Origin: an uncultured virus (IMG/VR IMGVR_UViG_3300021599_002910)
Lineage: Duplodnaviria; Heunggongvirae; Uroviricota; Caudoviricetes
IMG/VR virus record: IMGVR_UViG_3300021599_002910
Coordinates: 62,001 to 126,000 of that record
Strand: one strand, 5' to 3'
DNA length: 64,000 nucleotides
Shown here: positions 19,606 through 29,862 of the stretch, piece by piece
Numbering within the stretch: position 1 is the stretch's first letter
Layout: each line of letters begins with the position of its first letter
The notes under the pieces: generated by a model
What the model saw: the letters and a program-made list of their open reading frames with translations, nothing else
Databases searched by the model: none
Told to the model about the DNA's origin: nothing
Program-made: the position numbers and the translations under genes

Positions 19606-20192
19606 TGATGAAAGATAATATTAATGAAGGTAAATTGGATAGCGTTACAAGACAGATTGTAAGAGATATTATCACAATTTATAGAACAAACAAAACAGGG
19701 GAGTTTGGTTTACCCGAAGACTTAAATTCAAATCTTCATGCATACGAATTCAAACAATTACAAAATCCAATCCAGGTTTTTTTGGAAATAGAGGACGATG
19801 AGAATGTTGAGGGTTTCGATGCGGATGCGGATTATTATAGAGATGAAGACCTAATCCACGTTACTATTGTTTCCAATCCAAAATTCCACACAAGTGTAAT
19901 TTATGATTTGATAGGTGAGTTAAACGAATTGATTGCTCATGAGTTAGAACATGTTAAACAACATGAAAGTGGTTATGAGTTCCCAAAACGTGAACCTAAA
20001 AAACCTTTAAAATACTATACTCAACAACATGAGTTAGATGCCCAAAGAAAAGGATTTAAAAGAAGGTCAAAAATAGCCAAAAATGATTATGAAAGTTTAG
20101 TTAGGAGATGGTTTGAAGAGAATAAACATAAACATAACTTGAGTCCAAACGAGGCAGAAAAGGTAATTCAAAAAATTCTTAGTGAAAAATGA
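19605..20192 (+). CDS. HExxH zinc-metallopeptidase-like protein
   Basis: AHELEH...HELDA. Confidence 0.6.
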   Translation: MMKDNINEGKLDSVTRQIVRDIITIYRTNKTGEFGLPEDLNSNLHAYEFKQLQNPIQVFLEIEDDENVEGFDADADYYRDEDLIHVTIVSNPKFHTSVIYDLIGELNELIAHELEHVKQHESGYEFPKREPKKPLKYYTQQHELDAQRKGFKRRSKIAKNDYESLVRRWFEENKHKHNLSPNEAEKVIQKILSEK

Positions 20193-20950
20193 GTGAAAAT
20201 TATAAGGTGTTAAATTTTTTGAAAAAATTTTTCAAAGAACCAATCAAAGAATACGGTTTAATTTTTCAATATTTTGATATCAACATAGAAAAAGATTTTG
20301 CCAACGCATTTAGCTTTAAGGTTGATGTTCTTCTTCCTGAACCAAAACAATCCTATATTGCTGCGGTGCTGAATGATATAATCCAAAGTCAAATATATGA
20401 ATCTTTCAAATTTTTAGGGCAGACTTATTCCTACTCAATTACAATTACAATAAATGGTCAGGAATTGTTTCCATCAACTTATACACACATCAGAAAAGAT
20501 TCCCTTATCAATATAATGCAAGTTTGTAATGAAAAGTTTTCAAGAATTGGTATTTCAGTTGACTTTGGTGAAGGGGATAAACCACTCGATATGAATTGTA
20601 GAATGAGTTGGGAAAAATTTCCCTATAATTCTCATGATGACAACGTTAATTTTCATATCAAATTGGAGTTATCAGATTTTGTATTGGATGGTGTGAAAGT
20701 TGTTCCCAATCCCGAAATCAAAGAGGATGTTGCGGGAACTTTATATACAATTTTATCTGACAGAGATTGGTTTGTTCCTGTAATCGAAGATATCATTTAC
20801 ACTGAAATTATACCTGAAACAAAAATTGATAAAGTAAATGATGTTTATGCTCAGGTGATGATTCGTGTAAACAGATTAAATGGTGAACTTGTAAAGCAAA
20901 AAGAGAGTTATTGGAAAATACAACCCGACTTTTTTATTGAAATTTCTTAA
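20189..20950 (+). CDS. hypothetical protein
   Basis: 253-aa ORF. Confidence 0.7.
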   Translation: MSENYKVLNFLKKFFKEPIKEYGLIFQYFDINIEKDFANAFSFKVDVLLPEPKQSYIAAVLNDIIQSQIYESFKFLGQTYSYSITITINGQELFPSTYTHIRKDSLINIMQVCNEKFSRIGISVDFGEGDKPLDMNCRMSWEKFPYNSHDDNVNFHIKLELSDFVLDGVKVVPNPEIKEDVAGTLYTILSDRDWFVPVIEDIIYTEIIPETKIDKVNDVYAQVMIRVNRLNGELVKQKESYWKIQPDFFIEIS

Positions 20951-21557
20951 TTAATTTTCGAATAAGTTCGAATAAAAATTCTTTGGAAAGTAGAATTGCA
21001 CCTGAGGCAACAAGTCTTTCAGCAATCATTAATGCTGTTTCAGATAAATTTACAGAGTCAGTAGAATAATTTTGAATATCCACAATTATTGGAATAAGAA
21101 AGGCATATGAAATGATTTCTAATACCTGACTCGATATAATTCTAAAAGAACGTAGGAATCCAACGAATGAATCTTTAAGTTCATAACCTTTCATTAGAGT
21201 GGTATCAAAAACTTCCTCCAACCCCTGCTCTTTGATTTTATTTAAAAGTTTAATCATTCCTCTTTTTCCTTCAAAAAATATAAGAAATGCCACACCAGCT
21301 AAAACCAAATATCTCTGACTTTCTGTCAATCCAAAGTTACCTGTTTTCAAAAATTCATCCAAGGGCATAACTAAACCCGCAATTGAAGTTCCCCACGTAA
21401 GGAACATTCTCAAATTCAAACCATAACTTTTTCCAATTCTATTAACGAAATTGTTCATAAAGGAAGACATCCTCTTAAGTGAATTGGTTAAATCACCTTC
21501 GGATTTATTCTCTTTGATAATTCTCAACAATTGTGATTCTGTTAAAATAAACTCCAT
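20934..21557 (-). CDS. membrane protein
   Basis: Several hydrophobic helices; N-terminus MEFILTESQL. Confidence 0.65.
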   Translation of the reverse strand: MEFILTESQLLRIIKENKSEGDLTNSLKRMSSFMNNFVNRIGKSYGLNLRMFLTWGTSIAGLVMPLDEFLKTGNFGLTESQRYLVLAGVAFLIFFEGKRGMIKLLNKIKEQGLEEVFDTTLMKGYELKDSFVGFLRSFRIISSQVLEIISYAFLIPIIVDIQNYSTDSVNLSETALMIAERLVASGAILLSKEFLFELIRKLIKKFQ

Positions 21558-21590
21558 ACAATTATAAATACTCGTGTTATATTTATTGTT

Positions 21591-22208
21591 ATGGACAAAA
21601 AAATAAACGTCATTCCTGGTTTAGGAGATAAGGTTATGTGTCTTCACATGGAAGGGGAAACGGGAGTTCCACCTGGAACCGTCGGAATAGTTAAAAAAGT
21701 GGTTAGAGACCCGTTTGAAGAAAACGATTTTTTAATTGAAGTTAATTGGGATAACGGGAGTTCATTATCTTTAGTGACTTCCTCCGATGCTTGGAGAATA
21801 GTCGAAGCAAAAAATATTCAAGAGCAAAAGGGTGACACAGTTTGGAACACAATTACAAAAAAAGAAGATATTTTTGAAAATTTCGATTGGAGATGGTTAG
21901 AAAAATTTTTGTATAAGTTGAGAGATACAGGAATTGTAAACATGATGGGCTCATTTCCATTGTTATATTCGGGAAGTGAACATATCGACAGATACTATGG
22001 TGAAGGTAGAGAGGATGACGAAGATTTTCAAGAATTTTTGAAAGAAGCCGACATTGCGAAAGATAAGATTATTCAGGGAGTTGTAAATTACATGGTAAAG
22101 CACAACAAAGATTTGGAAAACATGGACCAAGTAAATTTTTATGCAAGAAAATTCTCAAAAGATATTTTGGAACTTTACATTGTATTATCGGGTCTTAGAA
22201 ACAATTAA
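21591..22208 (+). CDS. hypothetical protein with N-terminal DUF4314-like SH3-type domain
   Basis: GDKV...M...VPPGTVG.V...VNWDNGSSLSLV...D.W. Confidence 0.6.
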   Translation: MDKKINVIPGLGDKVMCLHMEGETGVPPGTVGIVKKVVRDPFEENDFLIEVNWDNGSSLSLVTSSDAWRIVEAKNIQEQKGDTVWNTITKKEDIFENFDWRWLEKFLYKLRDTGIVNMMGSFPLLYSGSEHIDRYYGEGREDDEDFQEFLKEADIAKDKIIQGVVNYMVKHNKDLENMDQVNFYARKFSKDILELYIVLSGLRNN

Positions 22209-23299
22209 TTACTCAGAGGGGCTTTGATTGGTGGAGCTGAAAGGTAATTCATCAATTCGATATCAGTTACACGTATTTTGTTCCAGTCCACTAAATAACC
22301 ATCTCTATATTGGAACTCGAAATTTAAATTAACCCAAGGAAGCTCGTAGGATTGTCTCGACTTTTGCTCTATTGCTTGGTCTAAATGATTCATATAAAGA
22401 TGTGTATCACCCAAATTTCCAATTAACTGTTCTGGGACCATGTTTAAAAGTTTGCCGAACAAAGTCAGTAGTAAACCGTAAGATGCAATATTGAAGGGCA
22501 AGCCTAAGAAAGTATCAACTGAGCGTTGATTCCACATTAAAGAGATTGCTCGGGTTGGTACATTACAACTATCTAATAATCTCTTATCAATTAATTTACC
22601 ATTTGCTGGTTTGCCATAATTAAAAGGTGGAGAATTTTTTAAATCACTTCTTTCTTGATGACTCAACTCTCTCGTATAAACTTGAAATCCATAATGACAT
22701 GGGGGTAGAACCATTTCATCAATTTCTGCCACGTTCCACGCAGAAACCATTATTCTCCTACTGTCGGGGTCGGTTTTCAAAAGTTGAATTGCTCTTGAAA
22801 TTTGGTCAAACCACAACGAGCCCTTTTTATTCTCATCATAAGTCATCCATCCTTGCCATTGTCTCCATTGCTTACCGTAGATTGGTCCTAGTTCACCATA
22901 TTCTTTTGCAAACTTCTTATCGGTTTTAATTTTATCAATGAAATCCTCTTTGGTTTTCAAATTGAAATGAGGATGACTCGACATCGACGAATTCAATTCG
23001 AATTCACGTTTGGTGACCTTCAAATAGTTTTTATATGCATCTCCATCCCAAATATGACAATTGTTATCTACAAGAAATTTGATATTGGTGTCTCCCCTTA
23101 AAAACCATAGTAACTCCGTAACCATTGTTTTCCAAGCCATTTTTTTTGTGGTCAGGAGTGGAAAACCATCCTTCATGTTATGTCGAATGGTATAACCAAA
23201 GATTGATTTGGTACCTGTGCCGGTCCTATCAGTTTTTTCTACGCCATAATCAATTATGTCTTGTAAAAGTTGTTGATATTGTTTGTCCAAATTGTTCAT
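22205..23299 (-). CDS. thyA: thymidylate synthase
   Basis: DRTGTGT, FPLLTTKK, ELLWFL, LGPIYGKQWR, SRR, LPPCH, QRSVD.FLGLPFN, HLY.NH. Confidence 0.97.
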   Translation of the reverse strand: MNNLDKQYQQLLQDIIDYGVEKTDRTGTGTKSIFGYTIRHNMKDGFPLLTTKKMAWKTMVTELLWFLRGDTNIKFLVDNNCHIWDGDAYKNYLKVTKREFELNSSMSSHPHFNLKTKEDFIDKIKTDKKFAKEYGELGPIYGKQWRQWQGWMTYDENKKGSLWFDQISRAIQLLKTDPDSRRIMVSAWNVAEIDEMVLPPCHYGFQVYTRELSHQERSDLKNSPPFNYGKPANGKLIDKRLLDSCNVPTRAISLMWNQRSVDTFLGLPFNIASYGLLLTLFGKLLNMVPEQLIGNLGDTHLYMNHLDQAIEQKSRQSYELPWVNLNFEFQYRDGYLVDWNKIRVTDIELMNYLSAPPIKAPLSN

Positions 23300-23517
23300 G
23301 ATAAAACGATTATTTCACCTGTGTTATGTGCGGGTATGTCATAAGTAAATTTATGTTTTTGGAGAATGTTTACGGTCATGTTTCTCATTCTTTCCGAACC
23401 TCCTGTAATAATTCTAATTGGTAATTCAGTAGAATAAAGTAAAACAAAATTTTCAACTTTGTCTCGAGCCTCAAGATTTGTGAGACCATGTAAATCAAGT
23501 TCTTTTATTTTACCCAT
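23296..23517 (-). CDS. stand-alone Smr domain protein
   Basis: LDLHGL...IRIITG. Confidence 0.8.
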   Translation of the reverse strand: MGKIKELDLHGLTNLEARDKVENFVLLYSTELPIRIITGGSERMRNMTVNILQKHKFTYDIPAHNTGEIIVLS

Positions 23518-23663
23518 TCTTCAAATGCCATTTGATATGCGACAACCCTATCAATTTTGGGGTCTTCCAATATGATTAGTCTTGCGGTCTCACGAACTTC
23601 ATCCATAAGACCGAACGAGTGTGCTTCGAATAATATTTCTTGAACAATGTCTTCGCTAGTCAT
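23505..23663 (-). CDS. small hypothetical protein (52 aa, not in ORF track)
   Basis: MTSEDIVQEILFEAHSFGLMDEVRETARLIILEDPKIDRVVAYQMAFEEWVK*; fills the gap within the operon. Confidence 0.6.
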   Translation of the reverse strand: MTSEDIVQEILFEAHSFGLMDEVRETARLIILEDPKIDRVVAYQMAFEEWVK

Positions 23664-23665
23664 TT

Positions 23666-23869
23666 CTATCGGTTTTGATTATTCCATTCGTCAACAATAT
23701 ATTGAATGTTGTCAGAAAGGTGTTTATTTTCTAATAACCATTTTATAACATCTTCATTTCCCAATTTATATGATTGATACATGCAGCTCTTTATCGCACT
23801 TTCACTTAAGAAGGAACCATGAGGAATTGTATTCTCAAAAATCTCTGTAAATCGGGAGTCTTTTATCAT
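23666..23869 (-). CDS. hypothetical protein
   Basis: 67-aa ORF within the operon. Confidence 0.55.
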   Translation of the reverse strand: MIKDSRFTEIFENTIPHGSFLSESAIKSCMYQSYKLGNEDVIKWLLENKHLSDNIQYIVDEWNNQNR

Positions 23870-24078
23870 TTGCTTATAATCATATTAGTATTCGCAATTG
23901 GAACTCTGAGAACGGGGTATTTTTTTTCAAATTCGTCACTTTGGATAACCTCATAATAACCCTCCAAAACTTTTACTGTTGGAATATTTGAATATTCTAA
24001 AAGGAGGGAACCAGTTGCTGTTTTGGAATCGAGTAATTTTACAGTTTTTGTTGTTGTGTTGAAAACTAATGTTTGCAT
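23866..24078 (-). CDS. hypothetical protein
   Basis: Start moved to MQTLVFNTT. Confidence 0.6.
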   Translation of the reverse strand: MQTLVFNTTTKTVKLLDSKTATGSLLLEYSNIPTVKVLEGYYEVIQSDEFEKKYPVLRVPIANTNMIISK

Positions 24079-24091
24079 TTTTTTTTGTTTT

Positions 24092-24325
24092 TTATAATCT
24101 TTCAAAATTTATTGTATCATCTTTCTGAATATCGTCAAAGGGTTTCCAGTTAGTGAATTTACGTTCAACTCTTGGGAGAGGGTGGTGTTCTCTGTGTCCA
24201 CACCAAACACATTCTCTAACAACTACGCGGATGTATTCACGATTTTGAGGATGACCTTCAACTTTATGTTTTTCTTTTCTATACTCCCAATTATGAGCAC
24301 CTATAAAACAGAATGGATTTATCAT
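24092..24325 (-). CDS. small Cys/His protein
   Basis: C...H.W...R.C..CG pattern. Confidence 0.55.
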   Translation of the reverse strand: MINPFCFIGAHNWEYRKEKHKVEGHPQNREYIRVVVRECVWCGHREHHPLPRVERKFTNWKPFDDIQKDDTINFERL

Positions 24326-24326
24326 T

Positions 24327-24515
24327 TTAATAACCTTTTTGTAATCCGAAATACCATTTCCATTTTATCCAACCAATTTGAAACCCAAAAGCGGGAGAAC
24401 CAACACCGGTTTCTAAAAAATAGTTTCTATCATACCAAAAACATAGTTCGGGTAATAGATGTAAGCTATTTTTTGTTTTTATAAACCTATTATGTGTAAT
24501 GAACCAATTTTTCAT
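24327..24515 (-). CDS. hypothetical protein
   Basis: Start moved to MKNWFITH. Confidence 0.5.
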   Translation of the reverse strand: MKNWFITHNRFIKTKNSLHLLPELCFWYDRNYFLETGVGSPAFGFQIGWIKWKWYFGLQKGY

Positions 24516-24552
24516 TCTGAATACAAATATATAGAAATTGAAAGTATTTTCC

Positions 24553-24626
24553 AAAAAAAAAAACAGGTCAATCTAAAGGGCGATAAGTAAATTACCAAGA
24601 TACTATCATTTTGTAGACCAACCTGT
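24553..24626 (-). ncRNA. structured hairpin RNA or terminator with long T-tail
   Basis: 13-bp stem ACAGGTTGGTCTA/TAGATTGACCTGT with an inner GATAG/TTATC helix, followed by a T-run. Confidence 0.4.
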
Positions 24627-24707
24627 CAAACAATATTAATAGAAGGAGTTTATCAAGTAAAATCTAAAATTTAAAAATTCTGTGGTATTTATTGAAAATA
24701 TCTTTTT

Positions 24708-25940
24708 ATGAACGCATTTTTTGCCGCAAATAGATTGTCTCCAAACGAGAAAGAAGACATTCTAAAACAACACAGAACTTTATATGATGGTTATAGAACT
24801 ATGCAACCACATGTTAATAACGAACAACCACTTTATGTTCAGGATTTTGCTAAAGATAAAGAAGGTGCGGTTCTTAATAACAAAGGAGTCGTAAAACCAT
24901 ATACAAACGTTGGAATCAACGAACAAAAGGAACAAAAAGAAGTTTGCGATAAATGTGGTTCAATGATGATGGAAGGAGAATGTATGGAGTGTGGTTGGAA
25001 AGGTGAAGTGGGTGCAATGGAAGAGTCTAAAGAATTAATGTGTTCAGAATGTGGAGGTGCCATGACGGAAGGAGAATGTATGGAGTGTGGATACAAAATG
25101 GAAGAAATCGAAGAAGTTGGACACTTAGATGATATCTACAACGTAGAAGATTTGGGTGATGATGAATTTGATTATGTTGAAGGTGGTGGAAACAAATACG
25201 GAACATTTGAAAAAATGCATCATATGAAGGGAATCAAAAATGAACAAGTAGAAGATGATTACGAGGACCCTGATAATGAAGATGATGGTTTTGAAGATTT
25301 GCAAGCGGATGGTGGTGAGATGTATGAACAAGGATATACAGGTGGTGGAAATGCACCCGACATGGATATAAGTAATATTGACCCAGCATATGATTTTGAA
25401 TCAGAGGGACCTAAAATTGGAGATGGTCCATTCGATATAGAAGCGGATGATATGGATTTGGATAAAAGTGAGGAAGGAAAGGCATACGAATTCCAAAGCA
25501 ACGGACCTGATTCAGTTTATCCAACTGAAAGTGAATTGGATGAAGAAGATGACTTTGAATTTATGGAATCTGCTTTTGAAGACGATGAGCTCGAAGAAGC
25601 AAATGATATCTCAGGAGTTCAAGGAATATATGGTGATATGGAACCAGCATATGATTTCGATAGTGAAGGGCCAGGAAGTGCAGGACCATACCAAACGTCA
25701 AGTTACGGTGAAACAAATAGTGATGATACTGCAGAAGATGATGTATATTGGAAAAAAGATTTGGCTAAAGATGAACTTGATTTAGATTTGACAAAATTTA
25801 ATCCTGAAGATAAATCATGGGAAGAAATCAAAGCTCATACAGGAAATTGGGATGAAATTGATGAGGACCTCAGAGAGAATTTCATCAATAAGAAAAATAG
25901 AATAATGGAAATGATGTTAAGAATGAAAGTTATCAAATAA
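24708..25940 (+). CDS. acidic protein with duplicated Zn-ribbon and AY(D/E)FxSxGP repeats
   Basis: CxxCG-x-M-x-EGECMECG twice; AYDFESEGP, AYEFQSNGP, AYDFDSEGP. Confidence 0.75.
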   Translation: MNAFFAANRLSPNEKEDILKQHRTLYDGYRTMQPHVNNEQPLYVQDFAKDKEGAVLNNKGVVKPYTNVGINEQKEQKEVCDKCGSMMMEGECMECGWKGEVGAMEESKELMCSECGGAMTEGECMECGYKMEEIEEVGHLDDIYNVEDLGDDEFDYVEGGGNKYGTFEKMHHMKGIKNEQVEDDYEDPDNEDDGFEDLQADGGEMYEQGYTGGGNAPDMDISNIDPAYDFESEGPKIGDGPFDIEADDMDLDKSEEGKAYEFQSNGPDSVYPTESELDEEDDFEFMESAFEDDELEEANDISGVQGIYGDMEPAYDFDSEGPGSAGPYQTSSYGETNSDDTAEDDVYWKKDLAKDELDLDLTKFNPEDKSWEEIKAHTGNWDEIDEDLRENFINKKNRIMEMMLRMKVIK

Positions 25941-25953
25941 TTTAAAACCCCTC

Positions 25954-26874
25954 TCATGAGGGGTTTTTTAATTCCATTGAAATATGAATGGTCATTTTTT
26001 CGTCTTCATATTTTAAAAATATTTCATCATTATCCTGTGTTGGTAGAAAATTTAAAATTCTCAAAATTTCATTTTTCAAATAACTTTTCAAAAAATTTGG
26101 TGATTCATACATCTCGTTATTTGGAACAAATATCTTCAAACGATTAACTTTATGTTGTGGGTCATAGTAGGTCGATTCAGGAAACGTATGGACAGGTTCT
26201 ATTTCAATTATTTTATCGTATGAATCAAATTCATATTCGAAATTATCATCAAAATTGATTAGAATTTTTTTTGAGTCTGTTTCACTATTTTTTTCATGAA
26301 TCCATAAGACATCAATATTCGAAATCGGACAAAGATAGGTTGAGGAAGTTTTTTCAATTTTTATTCCCTTCGGTTCTGTTTGTAGAAAATCAAAAACTTT
26401 GTTTTTATTTTTTTCCAAAATTGTGAGAAAATCTTTTTGGTATACTATGAAACTGTAATCCATAATTGCAGTGCCCAACTCCAAAAATTTACGTCTTTTT
26501 TCAAAAGTCGAATCGATTACTTTATGAGAATTGAATTTATATGCATAAAAATCAAGGTCTTCGTCTTTAAAATTTTTGATATAGGGGATTGAAAATTCAT
26601 CGGAAATTAGTATCAAATCCTCAAAATTTTTGAACAACGGTTTTATAGTTTCTTTTATTAATTTAGATAATTTTAAATTATCAAACTCATTTGTAGTTTT
26701 AAAAATTATATTGGGATACGTCTTAATCAAATCTTGTATTTCATCAATTAAATTTTCTTTACCGATGATAATAAAATGGTCGATGTAATCTTTATTTTCT
26801 TGTATCCGTATATCTATTAGGCTCGAATTTTCTTTCAGGATTACTACATCAAAAATTATTTTTTTTTGAAACAT
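25954..26874 (-). CDS. divergent glycosyltransferase family 17-like protein
   Basis: N-terminal IFD...E..LIDIRI.E..DYIDHFIII and ILISDE resemble GT17. Start moved to MFQKK. Confidence 0.45.
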   Translation of the reverse strand: MFQKKIIFDVVILKENSSLIDIRIQENKDYIDHFIIIGKENLIDEIQDLIKTYPNIIFKTTNEFDNLKLSKLIKETIKPLFKNFEDLILISDEFSIPYIKNFKDEDLDFYAYKFNSHKVIDSTFEKRRKFLELGTAIMDYSFIVYQKDFLTILEKNKNKVFDFLQTEPKGIKIEKTSSTYLCPISNIDVLWIHEKNSETDSKKILINFDDNFEYEFDSYDKIIEIEPVHTFPESTYYDPQHKVNRLKIFVPNNEMYESPNFLKSYLKNEILRILNFLPTQDNDEIFLKYEDEKMTIHISMELKNPS

Positions 26875-26920
26875 ACTATTGAAATAGTATCGGATTAAAC
26901 CTAAAATTAAAGAAAAAAAC

Positions 26921-27523
26921 ATGGCCAACGAAAATAAATTTGTGTCTAACCAAAGAAACAATGTAAATCACTTCAATTATTATTATTTCACAAACGCTTT
27001 CAGTTCTGAGGAACTTGATTCTATAATCAAATACGGTGACTCTCTTAACAAAATCAAGGGGACTGTCGTTGGTGATGACGGAAACTCTGAAAGCACATCT
27101 GACTATAGAGTAAGTGATATTTCTTGGATGGGAAAAAACACAGAATCTCAATGGATATTTGATAGAATTTCAGATTTAGCAATTAAGGCAAATGCTGAAA
27201 TGTGGAATTTTGACATTTGGGATTTTCAGGATGATTTACAATATACAACATATTATGGTAATGGTGGTCATTATGATTGGCATGCTGATTTGGGTGTTGG
27301 CATCTCCAACAGAAAGTTGTCTGTTGTTTTACAACTATCAGAACCCACTGAGTATGAAGGAGGCGATTTACAAATGAATTTGGGTGGTAGCATTCTTTCA
27401 GTTCCAAGAGAAAAGGGGTTAATATGTTTTTTCCCTTCATTTGTTTTACACAGAGTAACACCTCTTTCTTCTGGTTTGAGAAGGTCACTTGTAACTTGGC
27501 TGTGTGGAGCTAATTTGAGATAA
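26921..27523 (+). CDS. 2OG-Fe(II) oxygenase (PKHD-type)
   Basis: HYDWHAD, RKLSVVLQLS...YEGGDL, FPSFVLHRVTP...G.RRSLV.W. Confidence 0.9.
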   Translation: MANENKFVSNQRNNVNHFNYYYFTNAFSSEELDSIIKYGDSLNKIKGTVVGDDGNSESTSDYRVSDISWMGKNTESQWIFDRISDLAIKANAEMWNFDIWDFQDDLQYTTYYGNGGHYDWHADLGVGISNRKLSVVLQLSEPTEYEGGDLQMNLGGSILSVPREKGLICFFPSFVLHRVTPLSSGLRRSLVTWLCGANLR

Positions 27524-27933
27524 TGATTAATAATAAAATTGAAGTTAAAGACTTCAGGAAAATAAGTGTATCTAACCAATATTGGTTATGGCATCTTACC
27601 CCTAATACAAGGAATGAACTTTTAGACATTCAACCAATTTCGGAACCGCCATGTGAAAAAACTGATTATCACACTTTCAAAGAAATAATTCAGCAAGTCC
27701 AAATTCCCGTTTACGAAACAAGAATCAGTGATGCATTAGATTTTTTAGTAAATTTGGATGATTTTTTCTTGAAACCAATATCGGAGGGAAAGGATATTGG
27801 TGCATCTGTTTTAGGATTTAATTATGGAAGGTTCGTTTGGAGCACCTCACATTTATGTTATTGTTCTGAGGGGATAATGGAGGTTATAGCAAAACTAAAT
27901 CCCGAGTTATTGTTAAAATTTGAGTTAGATTAA
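27523..27933 (+). CDS. hypothetical protein
   Basis: 136-aa ORF coupled to the upstream gene. Confidence 0.6.
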   Translation: MINNKIEVKDFRKISVSNQYWLWHLTPNTRNELLDIQPISEPPCEKTDYHTFKEIIQQVQIPVYETRISDALDFLVNLDDFFLKPISEGKDIGASVLGFNYGRFVWSTSHLCYCSEGIMEVIAKLNPELLLKFELD

Positions 27934-28526
27934 CGTTCAGTATTGAAGAAAAAAACTTGAAACAATCTTCCATCATTCATGTCTTTACCAAAATAATCTA
28001 AAGAAACATGATAGTTGTCGGCACGATACATTATTAATCTGTTGAAAACATTTCCAATTCTATCAACAATTTCCCATTTAGTGTAATCTTGCATGTCGTA
28101 ACCGGGAGGAGCAGATTCTTTATATCCTACCTCATTTTCTCTTTTGTAATCATAACGCATCCACCCTGTCGATTTGTGTCTGAAAATGCCTGTTCCAGAA
28201 CTCAATGGTGCATTAGGAGTTAAATAACAAACTGCCGCCCAATCGGTTGTAGAGTCTGCATGAATCCAAGACCTATCGGATGCTAATGTGTATTGAAAAG
28301 AACCCGTGTAGTTATTTTCAGGGTCATCACTTCCCCAATAAGTAATTTCACCCGCGAATGGGTATAAAATGTCCCTGAGTTTCTTTTTTAACGGTTCATT
28401 CAGAAAGGACCTTGTTCTTTGTCCTGGATAATTTCCTCTCACTTTGAATTCTTGACTCAAAGCAAAATTTCTTACATCCATTGGGTTAGCGTAAAAATCA
28501 TCTATTGTAAGTGAATTAAATCTCAT
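27930..28526 (-). CDS. 2OG-Fe(II) oxygenase-like protein (DUF6445-like)
   Basis: IDDFY.NP, NYPG.R, WIHAD, AAVCYLTP, GT.IF, FNRLIMY...YH, RLFQVFF. Confidence 0.75.
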   Translation of the reverse strand: MRFNSLTIDDFYANPMDVRNFALSQEFKVRGNYPGQRTRSFLNEPLKKKLRDILYPFAGEITYWGSDDPENNYTGSFQYTLASDRSWIHADSTTDWAAVCYLTPNAPLSSGTGIFRHKSTGWMRYDYKRENEVGYKESAPPGYDMQDYTKWEIVDRIGNVFNRLIMYRADNYHVSLDYFGKDMNDGRLFQVFFFNTER

Positions 28527-28640
28527 CTTAAAGTTTTTATAATAAATTATAACAATAAATACAGTTAAAAAAAATGGTAAAATAAAATTTCAAGGAATGA
28601 CTTTTATGTGATTTTATAATATTTCTTATAAAAACAAATT

Positions 28641-28943
28641 ATGGAAGTAAAAGAAATTATTTCTTATTTCTTTAACAACGAGAGTAACATCGTAGAAGTT
28701 GTATTTAGAACAATAAGTGACAGTGATGAGGAAATAAGAACGGATAATATTGACTATAGAATTATAGAAGAATATGGATTTGATTTGATTACAGAATCAT
28801 TTAATTTTTTTGAAGATGAATTCGAAGATGACGTTGTGGCAGGTGAAGAAAAAATTGAGTTGGACGAAGAAGAGTTAATAATATTTTTGAATGAATATTA
28901 CACAATTAACCCTAAATTTCTTCCGAAATCACAATCGTATTAG
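28641..28943 (+). CDS. hypothetical acidic protein
   Basis: 100-aa ORF. Confidence 0.65.
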   Translation: MEVKEIISYFFNNESNIVEVVFRTISDSDEEIRTDNIDYRIIEEYGFDLITESFNFFEDEFEDDVVAGEEKIELDEEELIIFLNEYYTINPKFLPKSQSY

Positions 28944-29470
28944 GGTCCAACTCTTGTGAGAGAAAATATTAATCGATATCTTGGACCATTAGCTCCAAGG
29001 GGAGTGTATTCCAAACCTGAAAGTTGAAGTGTTTCGAATCTATCACTATCAACCTGTAATATTACTGGAAAGACTACCCCTTTATTTTTAGGAATATAAT
29101 TGAATTGTATCTTGCCGAGAGCATAAGCATCGAATGTCCAAGGTATTCTATTATAAAAAATTGGCTCAGTCTGAGGATTTCCGTATTCCCAACGTTCATA
29201 ATATCGTTCCCACCCAATCATAACATTTGAATAAGTAAAATGGATATAAAAATCGTTTATTTTGATTGTGTCAAATGGGTCGGGGAGACTTTTTTCGATA
29301 AAAATTTGATTTGATAGGTATGTAGAATCTTTACTAACAGGATTAACTATTTGAATAACCTGTAATTTAGAGACAACATACTTTCCACTCATTGTAAGGT
29401 CAGAGACCTCAGTCACATATCTTTCACAAGAAATTAAGAAAAGCGAGAGAATCAGAATATATTTTTTCAT
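28940..29470 (-). CDS. lipoprotein
   Basis: MKKYILILSLFLISC lipobox; TACTTTTG upstream. Confidence 0.7.
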   Translation of the reverse strand: MKKYILILSLFLISCERYVTEVSDLTMSGKYVVSKLQVIQIVNPVSKDSTYLSNQIFIEKSLPDPFDTIKINDFYIHFTYSNVMIGWERYYERWEYGNPQTEPIFYNRIPWTFDAYALGKIQFNYIPKNKGVVFPVILQVDSDRFETLQLSGLEYTPLGANGPRYRLIFSLTRVGP

Positions 29471-29518
29471 GTTTGCAAAAGTAGAGTTTTTTTATCGAAT
29501 ACAAAAATATTTATTTGA

Positions 29519-29824
29519 ATGATATTAGACGTAGATTTTTTAATTAATTTTTTTGAGAAACATTCCTCTAAAGGAAAAGGAAAGGAACTTGATGAACAGG
29601 ATACTCCTCCACCTTCAGGTGAGTCTGGTTCAGCCGGAGGTGCATCAACAGGTAAGGCGATAAAAAAATGGGAAACTGGTCTCGCTCGTGGAAAGTCAAA
29701 TCAAACTGCAATTACCAAATGGGAATCAGGGAGAAAGTTTGGAAAAACTTACATGAATGACCCAAAATACGTTTGGAAGTCGGATAGAGTTATGGGAAAA
29801 ACTGGCGGAACTGATTTTGTATAA
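29519..29824 (+). CDS. hypothetical protein with KWE(T/S)G..RG repeats
   Basis: KWETGLARG, KWESGRKFG, VWKSDRVMG. Confidence 0.65.
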   Translation: MILDVDFLINFFEKHSSKGKGKELDEQDTPPPSGESGSAGGASTGKAIKKWETGLARGKSNQTAITKWESGRKFGKTYMNDPKYVWKSDRVMGKTGGTDFV

Positions 29825-29862
29825 AAATAGGGAATATCGTAATATTTATAAAGAAAAATCTT

